Positions 9,858 through 19,551 of a stretch of DNA of 51,464 bases are shown piece after piece; the stretch's first letter is position 1, and each line of letters starts with the position of its first letter. Position numbers and translations under genes: made by a program. Source of the DNA: Patescibacteria group bacterium (GTDB lineage: Bacteria; Patescibacteriota; Minisyncoccia; Phycocordibacterales; Phycocordibacteraceae); the NCBI GenBank assembly GCA_038062735.1, contig JBBTWN010000016.1, positions 1 through 51,464 on the forward strand, in the 5' to 3' direction. Below the pieces are notes generated by a model. It saw only the letters and a program-made list of their open reading frames with translations, searched no databases and was not told where the DNA came from.

Positions 9858-10289
9858 ATGAAACGCGGGATTGATTTTGTTGGTGTAGCGGTATCGTGTT
9901 TTTGTCACGATGGGGCAGGAAACTATATGTTAGAAAAACGCGGGGCCGGTGCGCGCGACGAGGCGGGACGGTGGAGCCCCGGCGGCGGGAGCTTAGAGGT
10001 GGGCGAAACCATTATCGAGGCGGTCCAGCGCGAAGTACGCGAAGAATTTTGCACCACTCCGACAGATATTGAGCTGATGGGGTATCGGGACGTCATGCGT
10101 GACATCGATAGCGTTAAAACACACTGGGTACTATTCGATTTTCGAGCACGAGTGAACAGGGATGAGGTCGCGATAGGGGAGCCAGACATGACTGACGAGA
10201 TTATCTGGGTAAAAATTAAAGATATCCCCGAGCCCATGCATTCACAGTTTCCGGCGTACCTCGAGAAATACAAGAATATGTTGGTGTAA
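9858..10289 (+). CDS. NUDIX hydrolase
   Basis: Nudix box GGSLEVGETIIEAVQREVREE. Confidence 0.9.
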   Translation: MKRGIDFVGVAVSCFCHDGAGNYMLEKRGAGARDEAGRWSPGGGSLEVGETIIEAVQREVREEFCTTPTDIELMGYRDVMRDIDSVKTHWVLFDFRARVNRDEVAIGEPDMTDEIIWVKIKDIPEPMHSQFPAYLEKYKNMLV

Positions 10290-10298
10290 TATGGAGGC

Positions 10299-10604
10299 AT
10301 GACAAGGCCACTATCTCCTGAGATTAAAAGAGTTCGTGCAGAGGCTCGTGCGGCATTCCGCCATTTTAATCGTCCGGGGAGCCTCACCAGGATTTTCTCT
10401 GACCGCCACGGAGGACGTATTTCAGATGAAGATTTTCATAGACAGTTGGAGAAAAGTCCTGAGGCGAAACGTGTTCTCGATACTTTCCAACGTGCTGGAG
10501 AAAAGATGCAGTCTGACCCCGAGCTACGCGCCGCTATGCAGCGCATGCATGACGACGACGATCGCATTTTGAATGGACGCAAACCAAAGCGTCGTAAGAA
10601 ATAG
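10299..10604 (+). CDS. Small basic orphan protein
   Basis: 101-aa ORF, TAATAT 6 nt before ATG, basic C-terminus RKPKRRKK. Confidence 0.6.
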   Translation: MTRPLSPEIKRVRAEARAAFRHFNRPGSLTRIFSDRHGGRISDEDFHRQLEKSPEAKRVLDTFQRAGEKMQSDPELRAAMQRMHDDDDRILNGRKPKRRKK

Positions 10605-10626
10605 TTAGTGGGCGATGGCATGGCCG

Positions 10627-11265
10627 TCAGTGAGCAATAGCAAGCGCGATGACGCGGGCAGCGCCGGCTTTGATTAGCGCGCGTTTGCAATCAGCGAGTG
10701 TGGCGCCCGTCTCGACGACGTCATCGATAAGGACGATGCATCGTTTTGAAACACGCGTTGAGTCAGTAACAAAAAATGAGTCAGCGATATTTCTTTTTCT
10801 TTCTGCGCGCGTGCCTGCGCGGATTTGTGACTTTCTATCTTCACGTCCTAAGACTTCGGCATACTCGACACCGTCTATGCGATTTTGGATAGCGCGAGCA
10901 ATAAGCGCTGCTTGATTGTATCCTCTGCTCGACAGGCGCGCACGGCTCGTGGGGACGGGCACGATAAGCGGATCGTTCCATCCCTGCGTTTGCGCAAGAT
11001 CAGAAAGCACATCAGTAAGATAGTCTGCAGCGACGGGCGCAATCAGATTCACCATACCAACCTCGCCATAAAACTTTATGGATTTAATGACCGAGCGTAC
11101 TGCACGTCGTTCGTAGGGGAGGATGGAGTGTATCCATGGCTCCTCACGAAGTATCCTTGGCGACAACAACGATTCAATGGTGTCTCGAGAGACACCCCGC
11201 GCATACTCGGCATCAGGATGCCGCGGCACAACGAGTGAAATAAGATCAAGTAGATACGTCCACAT
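10627..11265 (-). CDS. comF: ComF family phosphoribosyltransferase-like competence protein
   Basis: IKF.G, IVPVP, RGYNQA, R..N, VLIDDVVETGAT PRPP motif; start reassigned to ATG at 11265 (MWTYLLD); divergent from pilM. Confidence 0.88.
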   Translation of the reverse strand: MWTYLLDLISLVVPRHPDAEYARGVSRDTIESLLSPRILREEPWIHSILPYERRAVRSVIKSIKFYGEVGMVNLIAPVAADYLTDVLSDLAQTQGWNDPLIVPVPTSRARLSSRGYNQAALIARAIQNRIDGVEYAEVLGREDRKSQIRAGTRAERKRNIADSFFVTDSTRVSKRCIVLIDDVVETGATLADCKRALIKAGAARVIALAIAH

Positions 11266-11323
11266 AATTACTGAATACCACGCGTGGTATACTCTCACCA
11301 TACATGGGAGCGCGATTTTGTCT

Positions 11324-12433
11324 ATGAACTTTTCTTTTGGTGGCATTATAGAAGCGATACAAAAGCTCACGGGCAACCTCGGGGGTGGAGGAGACTCGGA
11401 TTCGGTTATTGGGTTGGATATCGGTACGTCGACCATCAAACTGGTACAGCTGAAGCAAAAAAAAGGAGCTGCAGTTCTTGAGACGTATGGCGAGATTGCG
11501 CTTGGTCCGTATGCTTCTGCCGAGGTGGGTCAGTCAGTGAACGCGCCACAAGAAAAAGTAATTGAAGCACTCACCGATCTTCTCCGAGAGTCAAATGCGA
11601 CCAGTCGCATCGGCGGGGTCGCGGTGCCGCTCTCTGGTTCCTTGATATCAGTTATCTCACTTCCAACAAAAAACCGTGATGATCTCGCGAGTATGGTACC
11701 CATTGAAGCACGCAAATATATCCCGGTACCGGTGACCGAAGTTGCACTCGATTGGTTTGTTATTCCTGAGGAAGAAGCGCGCTTCATCAGCGGTAACGCA
11801 GAAGACAAGAAAAATGTCACCGATGTGCTCCTCGTCGCGATTCATAATCAGCTCATCGAGCGCGATCAGGCGATACTCGCCGGTGCTGGCGTCACTGCAA
11901 AGTTTTTTGAAGTGGAACCATTTTCGATGGGACGAGCAAGCTATGAGCATGGCACGGCTCCCGTGATGGTTATTGACTTCGGTGCGTCATCGACGCGCGT
12001 CTATATAGTTGAGTTTGGGATTATTTCTATCTCACACACCATCGCACGTGGAGGGCAGGACATTACGCTGTCATGGGCAAAATCAAAGAGCATGACTTTT
12101 GCAGAAGCAGAAGCAGAAAAGCGTGTACACGGCATCGAAAATAACGAGATCGGAAAATCTGTTATTGAATATATTTTTGCAGAAGCACGTCGCATTTTCC
12201 TCGGGTATCAGCGAAAAGAGAACAAGGCTGTCTCTAGAGTTGTGCTTCTCGGAGGCGGCGCACTTCTAAAGGGCCTCCCCGATCTCGCAAAGCAGTATTT
12301 TGACGCGCCGATACAACTCGGTGCACCATTTGATCGCGTCTCGGCGCCTGCCTTCATCTCAGAAGTATTAAAATTTGCTGGTCCCTCATTCGCGTCCGCC
12401 ATCGGTCTCGCACTTCGCGCGCTCCAGCGCTAG
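11324..12433 (+). CDS. pilM: Type IV pilus assembly protein PilM
   Basis: IGLDIGTSTIKLVQL, EARKYIP, IDFGA, GGQDIT, LLGGGA, AIGLALR actin-like motifs; probable start ATG 11324. Confidence 0.92.
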   Translation: MNFSFGGIIEAIQKLTGNLGGGGDSDSVIGLDIGTSTIKLVQLKQKKGAAVLETYGEIALGPYASAEVGQSVNAPQEKVIEALTDLLRESNATSRIGGVAVPLSGSLISVISLPTKNRDDLASMVPIEARKYIPVPVTEVALDWFVIPEEEARFISGNAEDKKNVTDVLLVAIHNQLIERDQAILAGAGVTAKFFEVEPFSMGRASYEHGTAPVMVIDFGASSTRVYIVEFGIISISHTIARGGQDITLSWAKSKSMTFAEAEAEKRVHGIENNEIGKSVIEYIFAEARRIFLGYQRKENKAVSRVVLLGGGALLKGLPDLAKQYFDAPIQLGAPFDRVSAPAFISEVLKFAGPSFASAIGLALRALQR

Positions 12434-12493
12434 TGTCCACACGATTTGCTCGATTTTGTATTCACCATATTTTATGGTGGTACACTTTATTGC

Positions 12494-13168
12494 ATGCAGG
12501 AGCGCGTTACTACCTCCTTTATCCCGAAGGAGTCATTAGCATCGGAGCGAAAGCGCTCCCCGAACCAGGGGAACCCCTTCGCCATAGTCAATATCGTCAC
12601 AGGCTTTATTTTGTTGGTCGCGGTGCTCGCGTCTGGCGGACTTTTTCTGTTTGAAAACTATACTAAGGGTGCTATTGAGGCGAAAAAAGCGTCGCTTGAT
12701 CGTCAGCGCGCGGCGTTCGAGCCTGCGACGATTAAGGCCCTTGCGCGACTCGATCGTCGGTTGGATGCCGGCGGGCGCCTACTCAAGGGCCACGTTGCAC
12801 TTTCGAATATTTTTCAAGAACTGGAAGCACGATCTGTACAAACGCTTCGCTTCTCTGACTTTTCCTATGCGCCGGGGAACCTTGGCAGCATGGTGATCAT
12901 CATGAATGGAGAGGCTGAAAGTTTCAACGCGGTTGCAGTACAAGCAGACTCACTAGGCGCGTCGCCGCTTTTTCAAGATCCGATTTTTTCAAACCTGAAT
13001 ATTGATAAAGAGGGCAAGGTAATTTTCACCTTTACCGCAAATGTCGATCTCGCACGCATCACGTATGCCACACTCTTGGCCAGTGCCGGCGCTCTTGCAC
13101 AGCCAGAAGAGTTAGCACCGCCAGCAGAAACAGAGACGTCGCCCACAGCAGAAACGCCCGCGCAATAA
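12494..13168 (+). CDS. pilN: PilN-like pilus assembly protein
   Basis: N-terminal TSFIPK, single TM, coiled coil, G.A.SF..VA.Q, F..PIFSNL; follows pilM; TACACT 7 nt before ATG 12494. Confidence 0.7.
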   Translation: MQERVTTSFIPKESLASERKRSPNQGNPFAIVNIVTGFILLVAVLASGGLFLFENYTKGAIEAKKASLDRQRAAFEPATIKALARLDRRLDAGGRLLKGHVALSNIFQELEARSVQTLRFSDFSYAPGNLGSMVIIMNGEAESFNAVAVQADSLGASPLFQDPIFSNLNIDKEGKVIFTFTANVDLARITYATLLASAGALAQPEELAPPAETETSPTAETPAQ

Positions 13169-13169
13169 T

Positions 13170-13715
13170 ATGAAAGCACTCATTCCTATTTTTTCAATCG
13201 CCATAGCTATCGGTTTGTTTAGTTGGTACATTGACCCGGCATACGCTCGCATAGAAACACTCCGTGAAGAGGAGGCCACGTATGACGCGGCGCTCGATCG
13301 GTCCCGTGAACTGCAGGAGGTGCGCGATCAGTTGTTGTCACGCTATAACACATTTTCAGCAGTCGACGTCGCTCGCCTTGAAAAGTTGCTCCCCGATCAT
13401 GTCGATAACGTTCGTTTGATACTCGACCTTGATTCAACCGCGTCAAAGTATGGCATGCGTGTGCGCAATGTCGCCATCGATGATCAGGATAAAAAGAAAA
13501 ATTCTACTGACACGCTTGGTCCCGACGAGGTCGGGCATGAGTCTCTGGTGTTGTCATTTACGGTGAGCGGACAGTACTCGACGTTCAGACAGTTTATGGC
13601 TGATCTCGAGAAGAGCCTTCGTCTCGTTGATGTCGTCGGGCTCACATTTTCCACCAGCGACACCGGTATATACGACTTCACTGTTTCTATTAATACTTAC
13701 TGGCTCAAACCATGA
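13170..13715 (+). CDS. pilO: Type IV pilus assembly protein PilO
   Basis: TM, coiled coil, LEKLLP, G.Y..F..F..DLE.SLRL.DV, terminal TYW. Confidence 0.85.
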   Translation: MKALIPIFSIAIAIGLFSWYIDPAYARIETLREEEATYDAALDRSRELQEVRDQLLSRYNTFSAVDVARLEKLLPDHVDNVRLILDLDSTASKYGMRVRNVAIDDQDKKKNSTDTLGPDEVGHESLVLSFTVSGQYSTFRQFMADLEKSLRLVDVVGLTFSTSDTGIYDFTVSINTYWLKP

Positions 13716-14014
13716 TGAACTTTATTCTACGATACCAAACAGTTTTCATTTTCATCGCGATTGTTGCGTTGTTATATGCGGGGTACACCTATATGACTGC
13801 AGCACCGGAGGAAGATGTTCTGACACAAACTATCGTCGCTGAGGAAGGGCCAGATCAAGACCTCATCGCGCTTTTGTTTGAGCTCAAGGCAATTCGACTC
13901 GACAGCGCGCTCTTTGAAGAGTCAACGTATCAATCGCTCGTCGACTTTGGCCGCGAGCTTGTGCCGGAGCAAGTTGGACGCAACAACCCATTTGCTCCGC
14001 TCGGTTCGCAATAA
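13712..14014 (+). CDS. Small pilus-associated membrane protein (PilP position)
   Basis: TM plus C-terminal GRNNPF motif; between pilO and pilB, ATGA-coupled. Confidence 0.7.
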   Translation: MMNFILRYQTVFIFIAIVALLYAGYTYMTAAPEEDVLTQTIVAEEGPDQDLIALLFELKAIRLDSALFEESTYQSLVDFGRELVPEQVGRNNPFAPLGSQ

Positions 14015-14021
14015 TCAACCT

Positions 14022-15800
14022 ATGGACGTCCTCTCTATCCTTGCTGAAAAAGGCATGATCCCGCAAGGTGCGGTCGCCGCTATCAAAGAAGAGGTCGCCG
14101 GAGGTAAAACACTGGAGCGAGCACTTTTGGATCGCGGGGTATCGGCGCACGACATCGTGACCGCGCGCGGGGAGTACTACCAGATACCCGTCAAAGAGAT
14201 ACCTGAGTCAGGAGTTGACTACGAGGTCTTGCGCTATATACCTGAGGAGTCGGCGCGGCACTATCGCATCGTGCCTATTTCGGTCGAGGAGGGTGCGCTT
14301 CTCGTGGGCACCACGGACCCCGACAATCTTGATGCAGTCGAAGCACTTAATTTTATTTCAGGAAAAATAGGTCTTCCATTTAAACTGTTTCTTATTTCAG
14401 ATGAGGAATTCGAAAACGTCCTCAAAATGTACAAAGGCATCACCACCGAGGTTGGTCGTGCACTTGGCGAACTTGATACCACTATCTCGTCGGGAGACGC
14501 AGAACATGAGGTAACCAATGCTGATGTACAAATTGCTGACACCCGCTCCGATGTGCCGATGAAGGAAGACGCGCCCGTTACTAAGATTGTAGCGACCATT
14601 CTGCGCTACGCAGTTGATGGTCGTGCATCTGATATCCATATCGAGCCGTCCGAAACAGAACTCAAGGTGCGTTTTCGCGTTGACGGGATACTCCACACCA
14701 GTCTGCGGCTTCCAAAAAATGTTGAGCGCGCGGTCGCCGCGCGCATTAAAGTCTTATCGTCGTTAAAACTCGACGAGCGACGAAAGCCGCAGGACGGACG
14801 CTTTTCCGCAAATGTTGATAACCGGCGTATCGACTTTCGTGTATCGACATTTCCTTCATATCACGGTGAGAAGGTTGTGATGCGTATTTTAGACAAGAGC
14901 CACGAAGCACTGAAGTTATCAGATCTAGGACTCGCAGACTACAACGTAGAAAAAATAAGAAACGCACTTGCACGTCCCTACGGCCTGATTATCATTTCTG
15001 GCCCTACTGGTTCTGGTAAGTCTACAACGCTCTATGCCATGCTCCAAGAACTTGATCGGGAGGGGCTCAATGTCGTGTCACTTGAAGATCCAGTCGAATA
15101 CGATGTTGAGGGAGTGTCGCAGTCACAGGTGCGTCCAGAGATTGGATATACATTTGCCTCGGGACTTCGCTCTATCCTGCGTCAGGACCCAGATATCATC
15201 ATGGTCGGCGAGATTCGGGATAAAGAGACAGGACAACTCGCTATTCAAGCAGCGCTCACGGGTCACCTGGTGTTGACGACGCTGCACACCAATAACGCAA
15301 TCGGTATTGTCCCGCGCCTCGTGGACATGGGCATCGACCCCTACCTGATCGCACCAACGCTGATCCTCTCGGTTGCACAGCGCCTGGTGCGACGCCGATG
15401 CGAGGACGCCGGTGTTAAGGTTCCTGTTGATGGCGCGGTGAAGGCGATGATCGACCACGAGTTTGCAGATCTTCCAAAAGAATACGCGAAGCGCATCCCT
15501 GCGGCATCTGAAGTGTATGGACTCGCACCGTCAAACACGTGTCCCAATGGCACGCGCGGGCGCATCGGCGTGTTCGAGTTTTTGGCGACGAGCAAAGAGC
15601 TTGAACGCGTCATCCTCACCAAACCGACCGAAGATGAGATATACAAAGTTGCTCGTGCACAAGGTATGTTCCGTATGAAGGAGGATGCTATCATTAAACT
15701 ACTCGAAGGGACTATTCCGTTTGAAGAGGTAAACACCTTGGGCGGTGATATTCTTGACGATGAGGATACAGTAAAAGAAAAGGAAGTAGTAGCTGAATAA
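14022..15800 (+). CDS. pilB: Type IV pilus extension ATPase PilB/GspE
   Basis: ASDIHIEP, RFRVDG, PQDGR, GPTGSGKSTT, LEDPVE, LRQDPDIIMVGEIRD, TGHLVLTTLHTN; probable start ATG 14022. Confidence 0.95.
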   Translation: MDVLSILAEKGMIPQGAVAAIKEEVAGGKTLERALLDRGVSAHDIVTARGEYYQIPVKEIPESGVDYEVLRYIPEESARHYRIVPISVEEGALLVGTTDPDNLDAVEALNFISGKIGLPFKLFLISDEEFENVLKMYKGITTEVGRALGELDTTISSGDAEHEVTNADVQIADTRSDVPMKEDAPVTKIVATILRYAVDGRASDIHIEPSETELKVRFRVDGILHTSLRLPKNVERAVAARIKVLSSLKLDERRKPQDGRFSANVDNRRIDFRVSTFPSYHGEKVVMRILDKSHEALKLSDLGLADYNVEKIRNALARPYGLIIISGPTGSGKSTTLYAMLQELDREGLNVVSLEDPVEYDVEGVSQSQVRPEIGYTFASGLRSILRQDPDIIMVGEIRDKETGQLAIQAALTGHLVLTTLHTNNAIGIVPRLVDMGIDPYLIAPTLILSVAQRLVRRRCEDAGVKVPVDGAVKAMIDHEFADLPKEYAKRIPAASEVYGLAPSNTCPNGTRGRIGVFEFLATSKELERVILTKPTEDEIYKVARAQGMFRMKEDAIIKLLEGTIPFEEVNTLGGDILDDEDTVKEKEVVAE

Positions 15801-15805
15801 AACAT

Positions 15806-16189
15806 ATGGGACAAAAACCACAATCAGTTTTGATTATCGATGATGACGGGTTTCTCTTGGATATGTATGCAATGAAATTCAAGGGCTGTGGCATGGATGT
15901 CGACGCGGTAAGCGATCCAGCGCTCGCCCTCGATAAGTTACGAAAGGGGACTGAATATTCTATGATATTAGTTGATATCATTATGCCCGGCATGACCGGT
16001 TTTGAGTTTTTAGAGGCGATGCGTAAAGAGGGGCTCGGTAAAAAATCAACCATCGTGGTACTCTCTAACCAAGGACAGGATGCTGACATTGAAAAAGCTA
16101 AATCACTTGGTGCGAAGGGATATATTATCAAGGCGTCCGCTATACCGAGCGAAGTGTGCGAGCGTGCTATCGCATTTGCTGAAAGCTAA
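15806..16189 (+). CDS. Single-domain response regulator (receiver only)
   Basis: LIIDDD, ILVDIIMPGMTG, VLSN, GAKGYIIK. Confidence 0.9.
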   Translation: MGQKPQSVLIIDDDGFLLDMYAMKFKGCGMDVDAVSDPALALDKLRKGTEYSMILVDIIMPGMTGFEFLEAMRKEGLGKKSTIVVLSNQGQDADIEKAKSLGAKGYIIKASAIPSEVCERAIAFAES

Positions 16190-16191
16190 CC

Positions 16192-17259
16192 ATGGCAGTG
16201 AACTACGCATCAGAACTTGAAGCACTCATCGAAACCCTCATTAACGAAGGGGCATCTGACTTGCACATTTCAAATCGCGAGCATCCAATTATCCGTGTGT
16301 CTGGCGCGCTCATTCCGCTAGTTAAACATCCCCAATACACCCCAGAAGACACAAAAGGATTGCTCCTCGCCATGGTCGCCAAAGATAAAGAGGTGCAATT
16401 TGAGACATCGCAAGAAATTGATTTTTCATACGCCTATAAAGACAAAGTTCGTTTCCGCGGTAATGCATTTGTGCAGCAGGGGTCCATCTCTATCGCGCTC
16501 CGTCTGATCCCAAAAGAGATAAAAACGTTTGCAGAACTCAACCTCCCGCCGATACTTGAGACCTTCTGTCAGTTGCAGCAGGGGTTCTTTCTCACCGTAG
16601 GTCCGGTGGGGCAGGGAAAGTCGACCACGCTCGCTTCAATGATTGAGTACGTCAATCAAAATCGCACTGAACACATACTCACCATTGAAGATCCGATTGA
16701 ATATACCTTCGTAAGCAAAAATTCAATCATCAACCAACGCGAAGTCCGCGTTGACACGACGTCATTTGCTGCAGCGCTCATCTCAGCGTTTCGCGAAGAC
16801 GTTGATGTGATTATGGTGGGCGAAATGCGCGGCCCTGAAACAATGGTCGCAGCGGTGACTGCCGCAGAAACGGGACACCTCGTCTTGTCAACGCTTCACA
16901 CCAACAACGCGGCACAAACGATCGACCGTATCATCGACACATTCCCCTCCACACAGCAGGATCAGATTCGCATCCAGCTCGCGGCGAGTTTGGCTGGCAT
17001 TTTTTCTCAGCGACTCATTCCAAAAATATCTGGCGGGCTAGTGCCAGCGTATGAGCTTTTGATAAACAATGAAGCGGTCGCAAACCTCATCCGTGAGAAG
17101 CGCACGCATGAAATAAATGCCGTTATAGAAACGGGTTCTGAGCTCGGCATGATCGATATGAATCGTTCGTTGGCAGATTTGGTTCGACGGGGTGAGGTAC
17201 GCCCAGAAGATGCGATGAGTCGTTCGTTGAATCCAAAGACATTTATGCGCCTCATCTAG
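16192..17259 (+). CDS. pilT: Type IV pilus retraction ATPase PilT
   Basis: ASDLHI, RFRGN, GPVGQGKSTT, TIEDPIE, NQREV, GEMR, AAETGHLVLSTLHTN, NLIRE. Confidence 0.95.
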   Translation: MAVNYASELEALIETLINEGASDLHISNREHPIIRVSGALIPLVKHPQYTPEDTKGLLLAMVAKDKEVQFETSQEIDFSYAYKDKVRFRGNAFVQQGSISIALRLIPKEIKTFAELNLPPILETFCQLQQGFFLTVGPVGQGKSTTLASMIEYVNQNRTEHILTIEDPIEYTFVSKNSIINQREVRVDTTSFAAALISAFREDVDVIMVGEMRGPETMVAAVTAAETGHLVLSTLHTNNAAQTIDRIIDTFPSTQQDQIRIQLAASLAGIFSQRLIPKISGGLVPAYELLINNEAVANLIREKRTHEINAVIETGSELGMIDMNRSLADLVRRGEVRPEDAMSRSLNPKTFMRLI

Positions 17260-17263
17260 GTCT

Positions 17264-18478
17264 ATGGCACTTTTTAACTATGAGGCAGTCGATCAGAATG
17301 GTGTTAAACAAAAGGGCGGTATTGATGCGATATCGCGAGACGTCGCCATTGCAAGTTTGCAGCGCAGAGGTCTCGTTGTCTCGGCGGTAGAAGAAGCCGC
17401 AGCGAAGCAAGAGTTTGGTCTGACGAGCCGCATAACCCTTTTTGAGGGCGTTTCAAACCGCGACGTAGTGCTCTTGTCGAGACAAATTGCTACCTTGTTT
17501 GAAGCGCAGGTATCGGCGCTTCGCATTTTTAGATTGTTGGCATCTGAGGCGGAGAAGCCGCTTTTGCAGCGCATTTTGACAGAAGTCGCGGATGATGTGC
17601 AGGCGGGCGCGCCAATATCAAAGGCGTTAATGAAGCATCCAAAAGCATTTTCTGAGTTTTACACAAACATGGTCCGTTCAGGAGAAGAAGCGGGTAAGCT
17701 GGATGAAACATTTTTGTATCTCGCTGACTATCTTGATCGTTCGTACGAAGTCGTGAGCAAAGCACGTAACGCCCTTATTTATCCAGCGTTTGTTATCGGC
17801 ACCTTCATTGTCGTCATGATACTCATGATGACCATGGTCATTCCACGCATCTCACAGATTCTCCTAGACTCTGGTCAGGCGATACCCGCGTACACGCGCG
17901 CCGTTATCGCCATTTCTGACTTTTTTGTAACATATGGTGTTTTTCTGTTAATTTTATTTGTGGTGGGCGTCTTCTTTCTCATTCGCTATGTGCAAACGCC
18001 AAGTGGAAAAGCTGCATTCGATCGGTTTGAACTCGCGGTACCCTATATCGGTGATCTCTATAAGAAACTGTATCTCGCGCGTATTGCAGACACCATGTCG
18101 ACTATGCTCGTGTCTGGAATATCTGTAGTGCAGGCAGTTGAGATATCATCGACCGTGGTCGGGAGTTCCGTGTACCGTGACATTTTGAGTGAGGCGGGCA
18201 CTACAGTAAAAGGTGGAGGAACGATATCAGCAGCTCTCGCGAATCACCCAGAAGTCCCGGGAATCATGAGTGCAATGATAAAAATCGGCGAAGAAACAGG
18301 AGAGTTGGGTTCTATTTTGAAAACACTGGCGCGGTTCTACAATCGAGAGGTATCAAATACAGTCGATACACTGGTCGATCTCATCGAGCCATTTATGATC
18401 GTAGTTTTGGGTCTCGGCGTGGGCATTTTGCTCGCTTCGGTGCTTATCCCTATCTACAACATCTCATCAGCTCTTTAA
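17264..18478 (+). CDS. pilC: Type IV pilus platform protein PilC (T2SSF family)
   Basis: F.YEA, RQ.ATL, GEE.GKL, ALIYP, GEETGEL, LIEP, L.PIY. Confidence 0.95.
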   Translation: MALFNYEAVDQNGVKQKGGIDAISRDVAIASLQRRGLVVSAVEEAAAKQEFGLTSRITLFEGVSNRDVVLLSRQIATLFEAQVSALRIFRLLASEAEKPLLQRILTEVADDVQAGAPISKALMKHPKAFSEFYTNMVRSGEEAGKLDETFLYLADYLDRSYEVVSKARNALIYPAFVIGTFIVVMILMMTMVIPRISQILLDSGQAIPAYTRAVIAISDFFVTYGVFLLILFVVGVFFLIRYVQTPSGKAAFDRFELAVPYIGDLYKKLYLARIADTMSTMLVSGISVVQAVEISSTVVGSSVYRDILSEAGTTVKGGGTISAALANHPEVPGIMSAMIKIGEETGELGSILKTLARFYNREVSNTVDTLVDLIEPFMIVVLGLGVGILLASVLIPIYNISSAL

Positions 18479-18492
18479 ACACACCACGCAGT

Positions 18493-18927
18493 ATGCAAGC
18501 GCCACGAGGATTCACTCTTATTGAGCTTCTCGTGGTAGTAGGGATCGTTGGCATTTTGGCTGCTCTCATCTTGGCGTTTTTGAATGATGGCCGTGAAAAA
18601 AGCAGAGATTCAGCGCGAGCCGCAGATATAAAGCAACTCCAAATAGCACTCTCACTCTATTTTGATGACCGTCAACTGTATCCGACCGCTCTCAAATCCC
18701 TCGCTCCCCAATACATACCGGTGCTGCCAAATGATCCAACAACACACATTGAATATCCTTATGACCGCATTTCGACAACAAAATACCATCTTGGCGCAAA
18801 CCTCGAACAGGCGCATGTGAACCTTTTGCGAAGTGACGTTGATGCAACGACGACAAAGGTTTTTGGTTCTGATTCTACCGGGTGTGCTGGAGAGGTGAAT
18901 CTACATTGCTACGACGTTAACCCCTAA
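18493..18927 (+). CDS. Type IV pilin, paralog 1
   Basis: Class III signal RG^FTLIELLVV, SRD..R.ADIKQ.Q.AL.LY, C-terminal disulfide C..CY. Confidence 0.92.
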   Translation: MQAPRGFTLIELLVVVGIVGILAALILAFLNDGREKSRDSARAADIKQLQIALSLYFDDRQLYPTALKSLAPQYIPVLPNDPTTHIEYPYDRISTTKYHLGANLEQAHVNLLRSDVDATTTKVFGSDSTGCAGEVNLHCYDVNP

Positions 18928-18972
18928 ATGGGCCTTATCCCCATCCATGCAGCCGCCTCTCCGCTGTAGCGG

Positions 18973-18978
18973 TACAAT
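18973..18978 (+). promoter_or_regulatory. -10 box of probable major pilin promoter
   Basis: TACAAT in the 107-bp intergenic gap followed by an A/T-rich leader of about 50 nt. Confidence 0.5.
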
Positions 18979-19034
18979 GAGTGGAGCCTAGCGATAGGAA
19001 TAATAGTAAGTTTAATTAGTCACATATTTATAGT

Positions 19035-19490
19035 ATGAACATCATAAGTAAGTCGGCTCGAGGCTTTACCCTCATCGAGCTTTTGGTCGTTATCGCGATC
19101 ATCGGTATTTTGTCGTCGATCGTGTTGGCGTCATTGAATGACGCTCGTTTGAAAAGCCGTGACGCAAAGCGCGTTGCAGACGTAAAGCAAATCCAACTCG
19201 CGCTCGAGTTGTACTACGATGCAACTGGCTCATATCCAACCACGACGCTTTCGGTGTTGGCGCCAACGTACATTTCTGCACTTCCTGTCGACCCGGTCGG
19301 CGGAGCAGCATACCCGTATGACGCTGTTTCAGCAACCGACTATCACCTCGGCGCTAACCTTGAGCAGTCAACGCACTCAGCCCTCTCTGCTGATGTTGAT
19401 GCCGCTGACTCAGGTAACGTGGATGGTGCAGACGATGCTGATGGATGCGCCGCAGAAGCGGGCCGGACCTGTTACGACGTGAAGCCGTAA
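19035..19490 (+). CDS. pilA: Type IV pilin, probable major pilin
   Basis: RG^FTLIELLVVIAIIGILS; flanked by own promoter and strong terminator, as expected of the major subunit. Confidence 0.9.
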   Translation: MNIISKSARGFTLIELLVVIAIIGILSSIVLASLNDARLKSRDAKRVADVKQIQLALELYYDATGSYPTTTLSVLAPTYISALPVDPVGGAAYPYDAVSATDYHLGANLEQSTHSALSADVDAADSGNVDGADDADGCAAEAGRTCYDVKP

Positions 19491-19506
19491 TCCTCACGTT
19501 GATTTT

Positions 19507-19535
19507 AAAATCCCCGCCTTTAGGCGGGGATTTTT
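19507..19535 (+). terminator. Rho-independent terminator
   Basis: AAAATCCCCGCC-TTTA-GGCGGGGATTTT hairpin with T-tract just after the pilin stop. Confidence 0.9.
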
Positions 19536-19551
19536 GTTTTATACTAAGCCG

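Noticed and set aside
11123-14021. Extended N-termini in the ORF track for comF, pilM, pilN and pilB (also M28, gap, PfkB, FAD enzyme)
   Set aside because: Extensions overlap neighbouring genes; downstream starts fit domain boundaries and the -10 spacing
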